Notes under the pieces: model-generated
What the model was told of the DNA's origin: nothing
The model's database searches: none
Seen by the model: the letters and a program-made list of their open reading frames with translations, nothing else
NCBI GenBank assembly: GCA_009691505.1
Contig: SICJ01000001.1
Location: 1-52,092 of the forward strand
DNA: 52,092 nucleotides
Direction: 5' to 3'
Source of the DNA: Candidatus Parcubacteria bacterium
GTDB taxonomy: Bacteria > Patescibacteriota > Minisyncoccia > Phycocordibacterales > CALRHW01
Part shown: positions 43,450 to 52,092 of the stretch, piece by piece
Position numbering within the stretch: the first letter of the stretch is position 1
Layout: every line of letters begins with the position of its first letter
Position numbers and translations under genes: made by a program

Positions 43450-44877
43450 GTGGTAATGAGACTGAGACATAATAATAAATTTGAAGCAAACAAGTGGCTC
43501 ATTACTGCGCGCTGGTTTTATGCTCCTGCGATTTTTGTGATGGGACTTTTATCTCGGCTTGACCCTCTCGGTAACAATTATTTCCCCGTCACGACGATGG
43601 TGTTTTTGTTTTTCTCTTTTGTTTTGGTCAATTTGTGGTTTTGGTGGAGGGTTAAGAAAATTGAACTTCAAAACGATTCCATATCTATCAATCATCTCGC
43701 TGTGAGTCAGATTTTATCTGAGCTGGTTTTCTTTTTAGTTATTTTGCATCTCACAGGTGGAGTGAAAAGTGTCGCGCCGATTTTCTTTTTTATCCCAATA
43801 GTTTCATCTATCGTACTTTTTGATGTCCTAGGTTCACTTGTCATAGCTTTTGTCGCGTCTATTTTTGTAAACGGTATTCTTTTTCTAGATTATTTTGGAT
43901 ATTTAAAAAAAATCTACGGTTATACTGGTAGTCCTTTTGATTTCGGTGAATTGATTGTGCGTTTGATGACTATTATTATATATACAGCTGTATATTTTAT
44001 TGTGGGCGCTCTAGCAGGATACCTTTCTTCTATTATAAAACGCAGAGAAGGCCTACTCGTAGAAGATAAACGAAAAGCACAACTCCAATCTGAGCGTCTA
44101 CGTTTGCTCAACAATGAATACAATGATTATGCACGCACACTTGTGAGACGTGATCTAGAGCTTCGCGAAGAAAATCAAAAAATTACAGTGCTGGATAAAG
44201 AAAAATCAGAATTCGTTTCCACTGTTGCTCATCAGCTTCGCACGCCACTTTCCGCCATTAAGTGGACGCTAGATATTTTATTAAAAGAGGGCGAAGATTC
44301 ACTTTCAAGTGATCAAAAAGCACTTGTGATGAAAGCTTATGAAAGTAACGAACGCATTATTAATCTTATAAAAGACATGCTCGGTGTGGATCGTATTGAG
44401 TCTGGCGGTAGTGGCTTTTCATTTTTTGAAATTAATTTGCTTGATTTAATTAACAATATTCTTGCAGAGTTTAAGTCGCAGATTGAGCTTAAAGGAATAA
44501 AACTTCAAGTAAATGAGCAAACAGGAATGCCAAAAGTCTCCATGGATCCGCAAAAAATGCGCGCGGTTTTACAAAACCTTATTGAAAATGCCATCAAATA
44601 CACCACAAAATCAATCACGATTGATATAAAAATAGAAGGTCGTTTTGCAAAAATAGTTGTCTCTGATGACGGAATAGGAGTACCAAAAGAACAGCATGGT
44701 GACATTTTTAAACGCTTTTTTCGAGCCGAAAACGCAATGAGACGTGACCCTGATGGTTCTGGACTTGGGTTATTTATTGTACGTTCTATTATTCAGCGTC
44801 ACGGAGGAACTATTACTTTTGAGAGTATAGAGGGTCAAAAGACCAAATTTATCTTTACACTCCCATTGCAGAGATAG
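43450..44877 (+). CDS. Sensor histidine kinase (multi-TM N-terminus, HisKA + HATPase_c)
   Basis: H-box EFVSTVAHQLRTPLSAI, N-box LIENAIKYT, and G-boxes DDGIGV and GSGLGL. Confidence 0.85.
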   Translation: MVMRLRHNNKFEANKWLITARWFYAPAIFVMGLLSRLDPLGNNYFPVTTMVFLFFSFVLVNLWFWWRVKKIELQNDSISINHLAVSQILSELVFFLVILHLTGGVKSVAPIFFFIPIVSSIVLFDVLGSLVIAFVASIFVNGILFLDYFGYLKKIYGYTGSPFDFGELIVRLMTIIIYTAVYFIVGALAGYLSSIIKRREGLLVEDKRKAQLQSERLRLLNNEYNDYARTLVRRDLELREENQKITVLDKEKSEFVSTVAHQLRTPLSAIKWTLDILLKEGEDSLSSDQKALVMKAYESNERIINLIKDMLGVDRIESGGSGFSFFEINLLDLINNILAEFKSQIELKGIKLQVNEQTGMPKVSMDPQKMRAVLQNLIENAIKYTTKSITIDIKIEGRFAKIVVSDDGIGVPKEQHGDIFKRFFRAENAMRRDPDGSGLGLFIVRSIIQRHGGTITFESIEGQKTKFIFTLPLQR

Positions 44878-44906
44878 TCTAATTGTTATACAATTTAACC
44901 ACCATA

Positions 44907-45686
44907 ATGTCTAAAATTCTTATTATAGAGCAAGATGTCTTTTTGGGAGACGTATTAAATCAGAGGATTAAAAAAGACGGATATCAAACACTAGTTATAA
45001 ATAACGGTGCGGTTGCGATTGAGCAAATAACTCTATATAAACCAGACTTGATTATTTTGGATATGGAAATAACCACAGCTGATGTTAATAAAATTTTGGA
45101 AAAAAAGGGTGATTTACCAACAATAGCAAAAATTCCACTCATTATGATTTCACCATCAGGTAATTTAGATGAAATAAAACTAGCAGTAGATTTAGGAGTA
45201 AAAGATTACATCATTAAATCACAGCTCAGCTTAGATGATTTGATGTTGAAAATAAAAACCAATCTTTTAAAACTCACAAAATCTGGTATGGAAGGTGGGC
45301 CTTTGGTTGGTAAAAAAATAATGTGGGTAGAAGACGATCAGTTTTTAAGTGACCTTATTTCACGTAAACTTTCAAAACAAGGTTGTAAATTACTTTATGC
45401 ACCAACAGGTGAAGAGGCACTAAAAGTTTTGGAAAAAGAAACGCCAGATATTTTACTGCTAGATATTTTGCTTCCAGGAATAAACGGTTTTGATATATAT
45501 GAAAAAATAAAAACAGTTGATCGGCTAAAAAATATACCAGTTATAGTTCTTTCTAATTTCTCACAACAAAGTCAGCTTAATCGTGGTAAACAGCTTGGTG
45601 CTGCACGCTTTATCGTAAAGGCTACTATCGTGCTAGACGATCTTGTAAAAGAAATCGCGGCGGTTTTGGAAGAAACCAAGAAATAG
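44907..45686 (+). CDS. Response regulator with two tandem receiver domains and no output domain
   Basis: REC1 has ILIIEQD...LIILDMEI...YIIKS. REC2 has IMWVEDD...ILLLDILLPGINGF...FIVKA. Confidence 0.8.
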   Translation: MSKILIIEQDVFLGDVLNQRIKKDGYQTLVINNGAVAIEQITLYKPDLIILDMEITTADVNKILEKKGDLPTIAKIPLIMISPSGNLDEIKLAVDLGVKDYIIKSQLSLDDLMLKIKTNLLKLTKSGMEGGPLVGKKIMWVEDDQFLSDLISRKLSKQGCKLLYAPTGEEALKVLEKETPDILLLDILLPGINGFDIYEKIKTVDRLKNIPVIVLSNFSQQSQLNRGKQLGAARFIVKATIVLDDLVKEIAAVLEETKK

Positions 45687-45826
45687 AAATAAAAAATAAA
45701 ATAAGACTTGTATTTATAAATGCACGCGTAAATCGTTGCTACGATTTATGCTCCGCTCGGCGCCGTCGCGCCTGTGCGAGGCATTTTTAAACACAAGTCT
45801 TATTTTATTTTTATTTTTTTGTTTCT
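45687..45826 (+). repeat. Palindromic intergenic element, copy E (core 45722..45780)
   Basis: The ~35-nt arms aaataaaaaataaaataagacttgtatttataaatg / gcatttttaaacacaagtcttattttatttttattt flank the core. It starts immediately after the response-regulator stop. Confidence 0.9.
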
Positions 45827-45898
45827 TTCAAAAACAGACCTTTACTGATACACTTTACCCGTAACCCAGTGGCTTGTCCTTGGGCTATAAACCTATAT

Positions 45899-48541
45899 AT
45901 GGAGACAAAAGAGAAAAACAAAAAAGATTTAATAATCGTGCGTGGAGCGCGAACCCACAATCTAAAAGACGTTACAGTAGAAATACCGCGCAACACAATG
46001 ACGGTTTTTACTGGCTTGTCTGGTTCAGGAAAATCTTCGCTTGCTTTTGACACTATTTTTGCCGAAGGTCAGCGACGATATGTGGAGTCACTTTCTTCAT
46101 ACGCGCGACAATTTTTGCGACAAATGCAAAAGCCAGACGTGGATGAAATAGTCGGACTTTCACCTGCTATTTCTATAGATCAAAAATCCCGCTCTTCCAA
46201 CCCACGTTCTACTGTCGCAACAATTACCGAAATCTATGATTATTTGCGAATTTTATATTCTCGTATCGGTCAGCCACATTGTCTCGTCTGTGGTAGTGAA
46301 ATTAAACGCCTTTCAAATGAAGAAATAAAAAACTTTATTCTAAAAAAAATTGAGGCGAAACAGAAAGAAATCGCTAAAGAAAGTAAAGACAGCACAGGAA
46401 AGGGTGGCGAAAAAGTCGTCGGTAAAAAGCTCGGTCTGCCAGTTTACGCAGAAATTTTTTCTCCGCTCGTACGTGGAAGAAAAGGCGAATATTATCAGCT
46501 TCTCTATGATTTACTCGGCAAAGGATATTCTGAAGTGCTCGTGGACGGCGTGCGTAAAAAACTCCGCGACCAAATCATTCTCACAAAAACCAAAAAACAC
46601 AACATTGACGTAATGGTAGACCAAATAAATGTTTTGGATTTTAAAGATAATCCAAAAGACGCACTTGAACGCCTCAGCGAGTCGCTTGAAAAAGCGTTGG
46701 AAGAATCCGACGGCCTCGTAAAAGTATCATTTTATGATGTTGCAAAAAAGGAGTCTACGGAAGAATTTTTAATGTCTTCAAAATTTGCTTGCCCAAAAGA
46801 CGGTTATTCATATCCAGAAATAGAGCCACGGCTTTTTTCTTTTAATTCTCCGTACGGTGCGTGTCCAGAATGTAACGGCCTCGGCACACGGCATTTTTTT
46901 GGCACAGAGCCTTGTCCAAAATGTAACGGCGCACGCCTCCGTGAAGAATCCCTGCACGTATTTATCGGCGGAAAAAGTATCGTGGATTTTACTTCGCTTT
47001 CAATCGCCGACGCCAATGAATTTTTTAATAAAGTAAAACTCACCGACCGCGAGAAAAATATTTCAAAAGTGGTGATAAAAGAAATAGAAGCACGCTTGCA
47101 GTTTATGATAAATGTCGGTATTGAATATCTCACCTTGAGTCGGCGCGCCCACACTCTTTCTGGTGGCGAGGCTCAGCGTATTCGTCTAGCTTCTCAGCTT
47201 GGTTCTGGCCTTGTTGGTGCGCTTTATGTTCTTGACGAGCCGACTATTGGTTTGCATCCGCGCGACAATGACCGCCTCATAAAAACCCTTCTTCATCTAC
47301 GCGACCTCGGCAACACTATTATTGTAGTGGAACACGACGAAGACACTATTTATTCTTCTGATTATATTGTGGATATTGGTCCGGGTGCGGGAGTGCACGG
47401 TGGGGAAATTGTAGTGTCTGGATATCTTGAAGATTTACTCACTGCAAAAAAAAATATTTCTGGCTCTGTGACGCTAGATTATTTGCGCGGAGATAAAGTG
47501 ATAGAAACTCCTGCGGAGCGTCGCGATTCTCCAAAGGGCGAACTAAAAATTCGCGGAGGAAAAATATTTAATATTAAAAATCTAAATATAGATATACCGC
47601 TCGGACGACTTATTGCCGTGACAGGAGTTTCAGGTTCTGGAAAATCTACTTTTATGTATGAGATAGTGCATAAAAATCTACAAGCGCGTTTTGATAGACG
47701 TTATCGTTCTGCAGATATTTATAATTGCGGAAGTTTTACTGGCACAGAATATATTGGGCGTTCTATTCTTATAGATCAGTCGGCTATCGGTCGCACACCG
47801 CGTTCAAATCCAGCGACTTACACAGGCTCTTTTACTTTTATCCGTGAACTTTTTGCTGAAACAGCAGAAGCACGCGTGCGTGGCTGGAAAGCAAATAGAT
47901 TTTCTTTCAACGTAAAAGGTGGGCGTTGCGAAACTTGTCAGGGAAATGGTGTGATAGAAGTAGAAATGCATTTTTTGCCGACGGTTTATGTGCCGTGTGA
48001 TATTTGCTCCGGAAAACGTTTTACAAAAGAAACACTTGAAATAAAATACAAAAAGAAAAGTATTTATGACGTGCTTCGTATGACGGTGGAAGAAGCTCTC
48101 GCCTTTTTTGAGGATATTCCAGCGATTTATGATCGGCTGAAAACTATGTCTGAAGTGGGACTTGGATATTTGGCGCTGGGACAATCTGCAACGACGCTTT
48201 CTGGTGGCGAGGCTCAGCGTGTGAAAATTTCTTCAGAGCTTTATCGTCCGCATATTCAGAAAACTATTTATCTTTTAGATGAGCCGACTATTGGTCTACA
48301 TTATGAAGATGTGAAAAAGCTCATAGAGATTTTGCAAAAACTTGTGGATAAGGGTAACACAGTGATGGTGATTGAGCACAACATTGATATTGTAAAAAGT
48401 TCTGATTTTGTAATAGATATTGGTCCAAATGGCGGGCTCGGTGGAGGACAAATAGTGGCAAAAGGCACTCCTGAAGAAGTTGCAAACAATTCAAAATCTC
48501 ACACAGGCTCGTATCTTAAAAAAGCGCTAAAGAAAGGTTAA
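45899..48541 (+). CDS. uvrA: Excinuclease ABC subunit A
   Basis: [23 protein letters not shown], two ABC signatures (LSGGEAQR x2) and zinc modules. The ORF extends to GTG 45869. Confidence 0.95.
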   Translation: METKEKNKKDLIIVRGARTHNLKDVTVEIPRNTMTVFTGLSGSGKSSLAFDTIFAEGQRRYVESLSSYARQFLRQMQKPDVDEIVGLSPAISIDQKSRSSNPRSTVATITEIYDYLRILYSRIGQPHCLVCGSEIKRLSNEEIKNFILKKIEAKQKEIAKESKDSTGKGGEKVVGKKLGLPVYAEIFSPLVRGRKGEYYQLLYDLLGKGYSEVLVDGVRKKLRDQIILTKTKKHNIDVMVDQINVLDFKDNPKDALERLSESLEKALEESDGLVKVSFYDVAKKESTEEFLMSSKFACPKDGYSYPEIEPRLFSFNSPYGACPECNGLGTRHFFGTEPCPKCNGARLREESLHVFIGGKSIVDFTSLSIADANEFFNKVKLTDREKNISKVVIKEIEARLQFMINVGIEYLTLSRRAHTLSGGEAQRIRLASQLGSGLVGALYVLDEPTIGLHPRDNDRLIKTLLHLRDLGNTIIVVEHDEDTIYSSDYIVDIGPGAGVHGGEIVVSGYLEDLLTAKKNISGSVTLDYLRGDKVIETPAERRDSPKGELKIRGGKIFNIKNLNIDIPLGRLIAVTGVSGSGKSTFMYEIVHKNLQARFDRRYRSADIYNCGSFTGTEYIGRSILIDQSAIGRTPRSNPATYTGSFTFIRELFAETAEARVRGWKANRFSFNVKGGRCETCQGNGVIEVEMHFLPTVYVPCDICSGKRFTKETLEIKYKKKSIYDVLRMTVEEALAFFEDIPAIYDRLKTMSEVGLGYLALGQSATTLSGGEAQRVKISSELYRPHIQKTIYLLDEPTIGLHYEDVKKLIEILQKLVDKGNTVMVIEHNIDIVKSSDFVIDIGPNGGLGGGQIVAKGTPEEVANNSKSHTGSYLKKALKKG

Positions 48542-48551
48542 AATTTGCGTA

Positions 48552-49877
48552 ATGAAATCTGCTCAAAAATTTTTATCAAAATTACCAGAAGCGCCGGGAG
48601 TGTATTTTTTTAAAGGTCCGCGAGGACGTGTGCTTTACGTAGGAAAAGCCACCTCACTTCGTGACAGAGTGCGAAGTTATTTTTCTGCGGATATTGTTCA
48701 CACCAGAAGTCCGCTTATTTTAAAGATGCTCGGTGAATTTGTGAAAGTAGATTTTACTCAGACAGACTCCGTGCTTGAAGCACTTATTCTTGAAGCCAAT
48801 TTAATTAGAAAATTAAATCCGCCGTACAACTCAAAAGAAAAAGATAACAAAAGTTTTAATTATGTGATTTTTACAAAGGAGGATTTTCCTAAAATAGTGG
48901 TCGCACGCGGAAGAAGTGTCTCATCAATTTTCCCTAAAGATTTGATAAAGTTTATGTTTGGGCCTTTTCCGCACGGAACACAGCTAAAAGAAGCGATGCG
49001 TATTATTCGCAAGATTTTTCCTTTCAGTGATCAAAAATGTGTACCGAGCGGAGTGCAAATAAAAAATCAAAAAAAAGAAAAACAAGGCAGACTTCCACGA
49101 GCGTGTTTCAATTATCAAATAGGACTATGTCCGGGAGTGTGCGTAGACGCTGTGACGAAAAAAGAATACGGTGAGATAATAAAAAATCTTCGCCTATTTT
49201 TTGAAGGAAAAAAGAAGGCAGTTTTGCGAAACCTTGAAAAACAAATGCGTGGTTTCGCGCGAGAAAAAAAGTTTGAAAAGGCGGGGGAAGTGAAGAAAAC
49301 GATTTTTGCTTTAAATCATATTCAAGATATTGCACTTTTGAAACATAGCACGGCAGACAAAAATGATATGAGTTCGTTTGGTGGAAAAGTCGCGAGCGGT
49401 ATGGAAAATTTTAATGACACCATCGCCCCTGACAAAAGTTTCCGCATAGAAGCATACGACGTCGCGCACTTAAATGGGACAAATGTTGTCGGCGTGATGA
49501 CCGTAGTAGAAGACGGTGAGCTAGCAAAATCGCAATATAGAAAGTTTAAAATAAAAATAAACCCGGGAATAAATGACATCGCCGCACTTAAAGAAATACT
49601 ACGTCGCAGACTCGAGCATTTGCAGTGGACTCTTCCAAACTTGATAGTATTAGATGGTGCACAAGCGCAGATAAATGCGGCACAAGGGGTACTAAAAGAA
49701 AGAGGATTTAACATAGACCTAGTATCCGTGGTAAAAGACGAACACCATAAAGCGCGCGAGATACTAGGAGAAAAAAGATTTATAGAAAAACACAGCCGTG
49801 CAATACTTCTTGCAAATGCCGAATCTCACCGTTTTGCTATAGGTTTTCATAGAAAACTTCGAAGAAAGATACGCTAA
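48552..49877 (+). CDS. uvrC: Excinuclease ABC subunit C, short form (441 aa) without the C-terminal HhH region
   Basis: GIY-YIG (GVYFFKG...VLYVGKATSLRDRVRSYF), a UVR motif (FEKAGEVKKTIFALNHI) and an endonuclease V-like domain. It ends at ...HRFAIGFHRKLRRKIR. Confidence 0.85.
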   Translation: MKSAQKFLSKLPEAPGVYFFKGPRGRVLYVGKATSLRDRVRSYFSADIVHTRSPLILKMLGEFVKVDFTQTDSVLEALILEANLIRKLNPPYNSKEKDNKSFNYVIFTKEDFPKIVVARGRSVSSIFPKDLIKFMFGPFPHGTQLKEAMRIIRKIFPFSDQKCVPSGVQIKNQKKEKQGRLPRACFNYQIGLCPGVCVDAVTKKEYGEIIKNLRLFFEGKKKAVLRNLEKQMRGFAREKKFEKAGEVKKTIFALNHIQDIALLKHSTADKNDMSSFGGKVASGMENFNDTIAPDKSFRIEAYDVAHLNGTNVVGVMTVVEDGELAKSQYRKFKIKINPGINDIAALKEILRRRLEHLQWTLPNLIVLDGAQAQINAAQGVLKERGFNIDLVSVVKDEHHKAREILGEKRFIEKHSRAILLANAESHRFAIGFHRKLRRKIR

Positions 49878-49994
49878 CAAACTTTTAAAACATCGTCTGA
49901 AAAGCACGCGTAAAAATCTGCTGATTTTTCTGCTCCGCTCGGCGCCGCCCTCGCCTGCGCGAGTCTTTTCATACAATGTTTTATAAAGTTTGTT
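49876..49994 (+). repeat. Palindromic intergenic element, copy F (core 49904..49963)
   Basis: The arms aacaaacttttaaaacatcgtctgaaaag / tcttttcatacaatgttttataaagtttgtt flank the core. The left arm overlaps the uvrC stop codon. Confidence 0.9.
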
Positions 49995-50006
49995 ATAATA
50001 ATCTGT

Positions 50007-50990
50007 ATGACTTCCTCAAAATCCAAAATAAAAGTTGGCGTTCTACGTGGTGGGCCTTCTGGTGAATACGAAGTGTCTCTAAAAACCGGAAGCAACGTGC
50101 TAAAAAATTTATCGCCAGAAAAATATTTACCCAAAGATATTTTTATTGACCGAGCAGGAGTCTGGCATATGGACGGCATCGCCCGCTCGCCAGAAAAAAT
50201 TCTCGCGCAGGTGGACGTCATTTTCAACGCACTTCACGGCGACTTTGGTGAAGACGGAAAAGTGCAACAGTTGCTAGACACGTTCAACGTTCCTTACACT
50301 GGCTCAGGCGCACTCGCATCTGCAATCGTAATGAATAAACATCTTTCAAAAAAAATTTTCAAAAAAAACGGTCTTAAAATTGCAAAGCACGAAGTCATTC
50401 GTCGCGATGACAAATCCGACTCGCGACTTTTCGGAGTTTTTTCACATTTAAAAAAACCACTCGTCGTAAAACCAAACACAGGTGGCTCATCACTCGGAGT
50501 TTCCATCGTAGACAACTGGGATAATTTTATAAAAGGTGTGGACAAAGCTTTTGAGCTCGCAGACTCTGTAATAATAGAAGAATTTATCGCTGGAAGGGAA
50601 GCGACTTGTGGCGTAGTGGATAGTGCAAAGACTCGCGGTGAAGTGTATGCACTTTCGCCGATTGAAATTATAAAACCACAAGAAAATGAATTTTTTGATT
50701 ACGACGCAAAATATAGCGGAAAGTCGCAGGAGATATGTCCGGGCAATTTTACGCCAGAAGAAACCACGTCACTCCAAGATTTTTCTGTTCGCGCTCACAA
50801 AGCTCTCGGATTAAAACATTATTCACGTTCAGATTTTATTATCGCTCCAAACGGAATTTATATTTTAGAAACCAACACCTTGCCAGGACTCACATCTGAG
50901 TCGCTTATTCCAAAATCACTAAAAGTAGGCGGGATTGATTTCCATGAATTTTTAGACCATGTGCTGACGCTTGCGATGAGGGAGAAATAG
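50007..50990 (+). CDS. ddl: D-alanine--D-alanine ligase
   Basis: VLRGGPSGEYEVSL, ALHGDFGEDGKVQQLLD and ETNTLPGLT; ATP-grasp fold. Confidence 0.92.
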   Translation: MTSSKSKIKVGVLRGGPSGEYEVSLKTGSNVLKNLSPEKYLPKDIFIDRAGVWHMDGIARSPEKILAQVDVIFNALHGDFGEDGKVQQLLDTFNVPYTGSGALASAIVMNKHLSKKIFKKNGLKIAKHEVIRRDDKSDSRLFGVFSHLKKPLVVKPNTGGSSLGVSIVDNWDNFIKGVDKAFELADSVIIEEFIAGREATCGVVDSAKTRGEVYALSPIEIIKPQENEFFDYDAKYSGKSQEICPGNFTPEETTSLQDFSVRAHKALGLKHYSRSDFIIAPNGIYILETNTLPGLTSESLIPKSLKVGGIDFHEFLDHVLTLAMREK

Positions 50991-51133
50991 GGGACGAGAA
51001 TCGTAAAATAAAAAAATTGACTTTATTCTCATATTCTATTACCGTATATACGCTGGACATACGTGTGTATATCCAATAAATAAAAAAAGTTCTTTCAAAA
51101 ACAGCCCACTTCCGTAGGGCAGAAAAGAGAATT

Positions 51134-51562
51134 ATGAAAACTAGGAAAACTAAGTATTTTAGTAAGTCTTTGTTGTCCTTTGTTATTACGTCATCGATTT
51201 TTGTGGTTTTGGCTTTGTGTCTCGTTTCTTTGTATTACAAAAAAGCCAATCTACAGGAGGAGGTTCATCGTTATCATGCGCAGGTTGCATCCAAAGACGC
51301 CGACATTGAGCTCATTTTAGAGCTTCTGAAAACATGTTCCGTTTGGTATGTTGTTGATGCACAACATGTGTGTTCTCAACCTGATCGCAAGGGTAGTTCT
51401 ATAGTTTTGAATGGTGATATATTGTTGCCTATCACCGACAAAAATTTGGGGGTTATGTATCCAGACTTTAATGCAAAGATATATTTTCTTCCAGCGAAGG
51501 TCAGCAACAGGAACACAGTTGCGCATGGGCGACTTACTTACCGGTATGACTACCAGAAATAA
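51134..51562 (+). CDS. Hypothetical membrane-anchored protein
   Basis: 142-aa ORF with one N-terminal TM helix (LLSFVITSSIFVVLALCLVSLY), followed by a hairpin and T-run. No family recognised. Confidence 0.5.
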   Translation: MKTRKTKYFSKSLLSFVITSSIFVVLALCLVSLYYKKANLQEEVHRYHAQVASKDADIELILELLKTCSVWYVVDAQHVCSQPDRKGSSIVLNGDILLPITDKNLGVMYPDFNAKIYFLPAKVSNRNTVAHGRLTYRYDYQK

Positions 51563-51601
51563 TTGACCATCAATCTGACGATCATGGACAGCATTCAAAA
51601 A

Positions 51602-51633
51602 AGTGGACCTCCAACGGTGCCACTTTTTCTTTT
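51602..51633 (+). terminator. Candidate intrinsic terminator
   Basis: AGTGGACC-TCCAAC-GGT(G)CCACT stem followed by TTTTCTTTT. Confidence 0.5.
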
Positions 51634-51680
51634 GTTAAAAATCGTACCTACTCTTTTCCAAACTTTTTTTTGACGCCACC

Positions 51681-51709
51681 TTGATTTTATAAAGCTTTTT
51701 CCATATAAT
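51681..51709 (+). promoter_or_regulatory. Consensus sigma70-type promoter for tRNA-Ala (TTGATT-17-TATAAT)
   Basis: ttgatt ttataaagctttttcca tataat, 35 nt upstream of the mature tRNA 5' end. Confidence 0.55.
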
Positions 51710-51744
51710 AAACCGCGTTACTCTTTAATTTGGTTGTTTTTAAA

Positions 51745-51820
51745 GGGCCCTTAGCTTAGTTGGTAGAGCGCCTCATTTGCAATGAGGAGGTCATCGGTTC
51801 GAATCCGATAGGGTCCACCA
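51745..51820 (+). tRNA. tRNA-Ala (anticodon UGC), CCA encoded
   Basis: The manual cloverleaf has acceptor GGGCCCT/AGGGTCC with the G3:U70 Ala identity pair, anticodon loop TTTGCAA and T-loop TTCGAAT; 76 nt. Confidence 0.92.
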
Positions 51821-52092
51821 AATTTGATTTGCCGAAGAAGTTGCCTCGGGGCTTCGCCCCTTATCCATGCATTATCATCTCGCGGGGGAATTCTTGGATT
51901 TTTGGAATGGGTGGCGGCGAGGGGTGTTATGATATATCATAACCACACGCGGGGGAACACTAGTGATTACCGATTTTGGAAATAGGTTCTAACTTGGTAC
52001 AATAAATACACCCGATTGAATTTGTTATGGGGGGTGTAAAATGTTATTATCCTCTACAAAATTTATTAATTAATAATATTGTTTATGCAAAA

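Noticed and set aside
11817-49994. Could the six conserved ~60-nt cores be a CRISPR array or integron attC sites?
   Set aside because: The copies are separated by 0.8-18 kb of housekeeping genes, not by 25-50 nt spacers, and no cas genes are present. attC sites have conserved ends and a variable centre, which is the opposite of this element, and no intI is present.
49874-50227. 117-aa minus-strand ORF spanning repeat copy F and the 5' end of ddl
   Set aside because: It is antisense to the well-supported ddl gene and reads through the repeat core. The stretch QARAAPSGAEKS is simply the core translated, and related peptides appear in other spurious ORFs (for example 28474..28710).
1-52092. Alternative genetic code (UGA recoding, as in some candidate phyla)
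   Set aside because: All conserved genes translate full-length with the standard code and contain no in-frame TGA. TGA is merely rare as a stop, with one case at 8218.
51745-52092. Is tRNA-Ala(UGC) part of a 16S-23S rRNA spacer?
   Set aside because: No tRNA-Ile or 16S 3' end lies upstream; a protein gene, a terminator and a dedicated promoter are there instead. The downstream 270 nt do not resemble a 23S 5' end.

Overview
AT-rich, gene-dense bacterial chromosomal segment. Hand counts of 120-nt samples give about 34% GC in typical genes. Most genes are information-processing housekeeping genes: dnaE (partial), rnhB, rpmF, nusB, rnc, smc, rnr, rpsP, trmD, rpoB, rpoC, dnaG, rpoD, hisS, truB, typA, tgt, uvrB, uvrA, uvrC, ddl and tRNA-Ala(UGC). 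There is also a ComG/type IV pilus-like operon, a two-component system and small redox and membrane genes. The standard genetic code fits, with no in-frame TGA in conserved genes. Compact or fused proteins, a lysine-rich sigma-factor N-terminus, a minimal pilus operon, NDH-2, LOG and the absence of biosynthetic operons suggest a streamlined, possibly CPR/Patescibacteria-like organism; this is inference only. No CRISPR array, transposase, integrase or rRNA gene was seen. The main unexplained signals are: (1) six copies of a 97-140 bp palindromic intergenic element, with a conserved 59-60 nt GC-rich core on long AT-rich complementary arms, compensatory changes in an inner hairpin, and placement almost always directly after stop codons. 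Shorter GC-rich hairpins related in sequence or position also occur, including one inside smc and one inside a pilin leader. (2) A GC-shifted orphan cassette at 23280-24068 (about 53% GC in a sample), made of a consensus promoter, a 150-nt multi-hairpin leader RNA, an unrecognisable 173-aa ORF and a 20-bp-stem terminator. (3) A pilus operon whose major-pilin slot holds a 498-aa prepilin fused to an LVIVD beta-propeller. (4) A hinge-less 800-aa SMC, a NusB-Nudix fusion, and a uvrB/uvrA/uvrC cluster interrupted by a two-component system.
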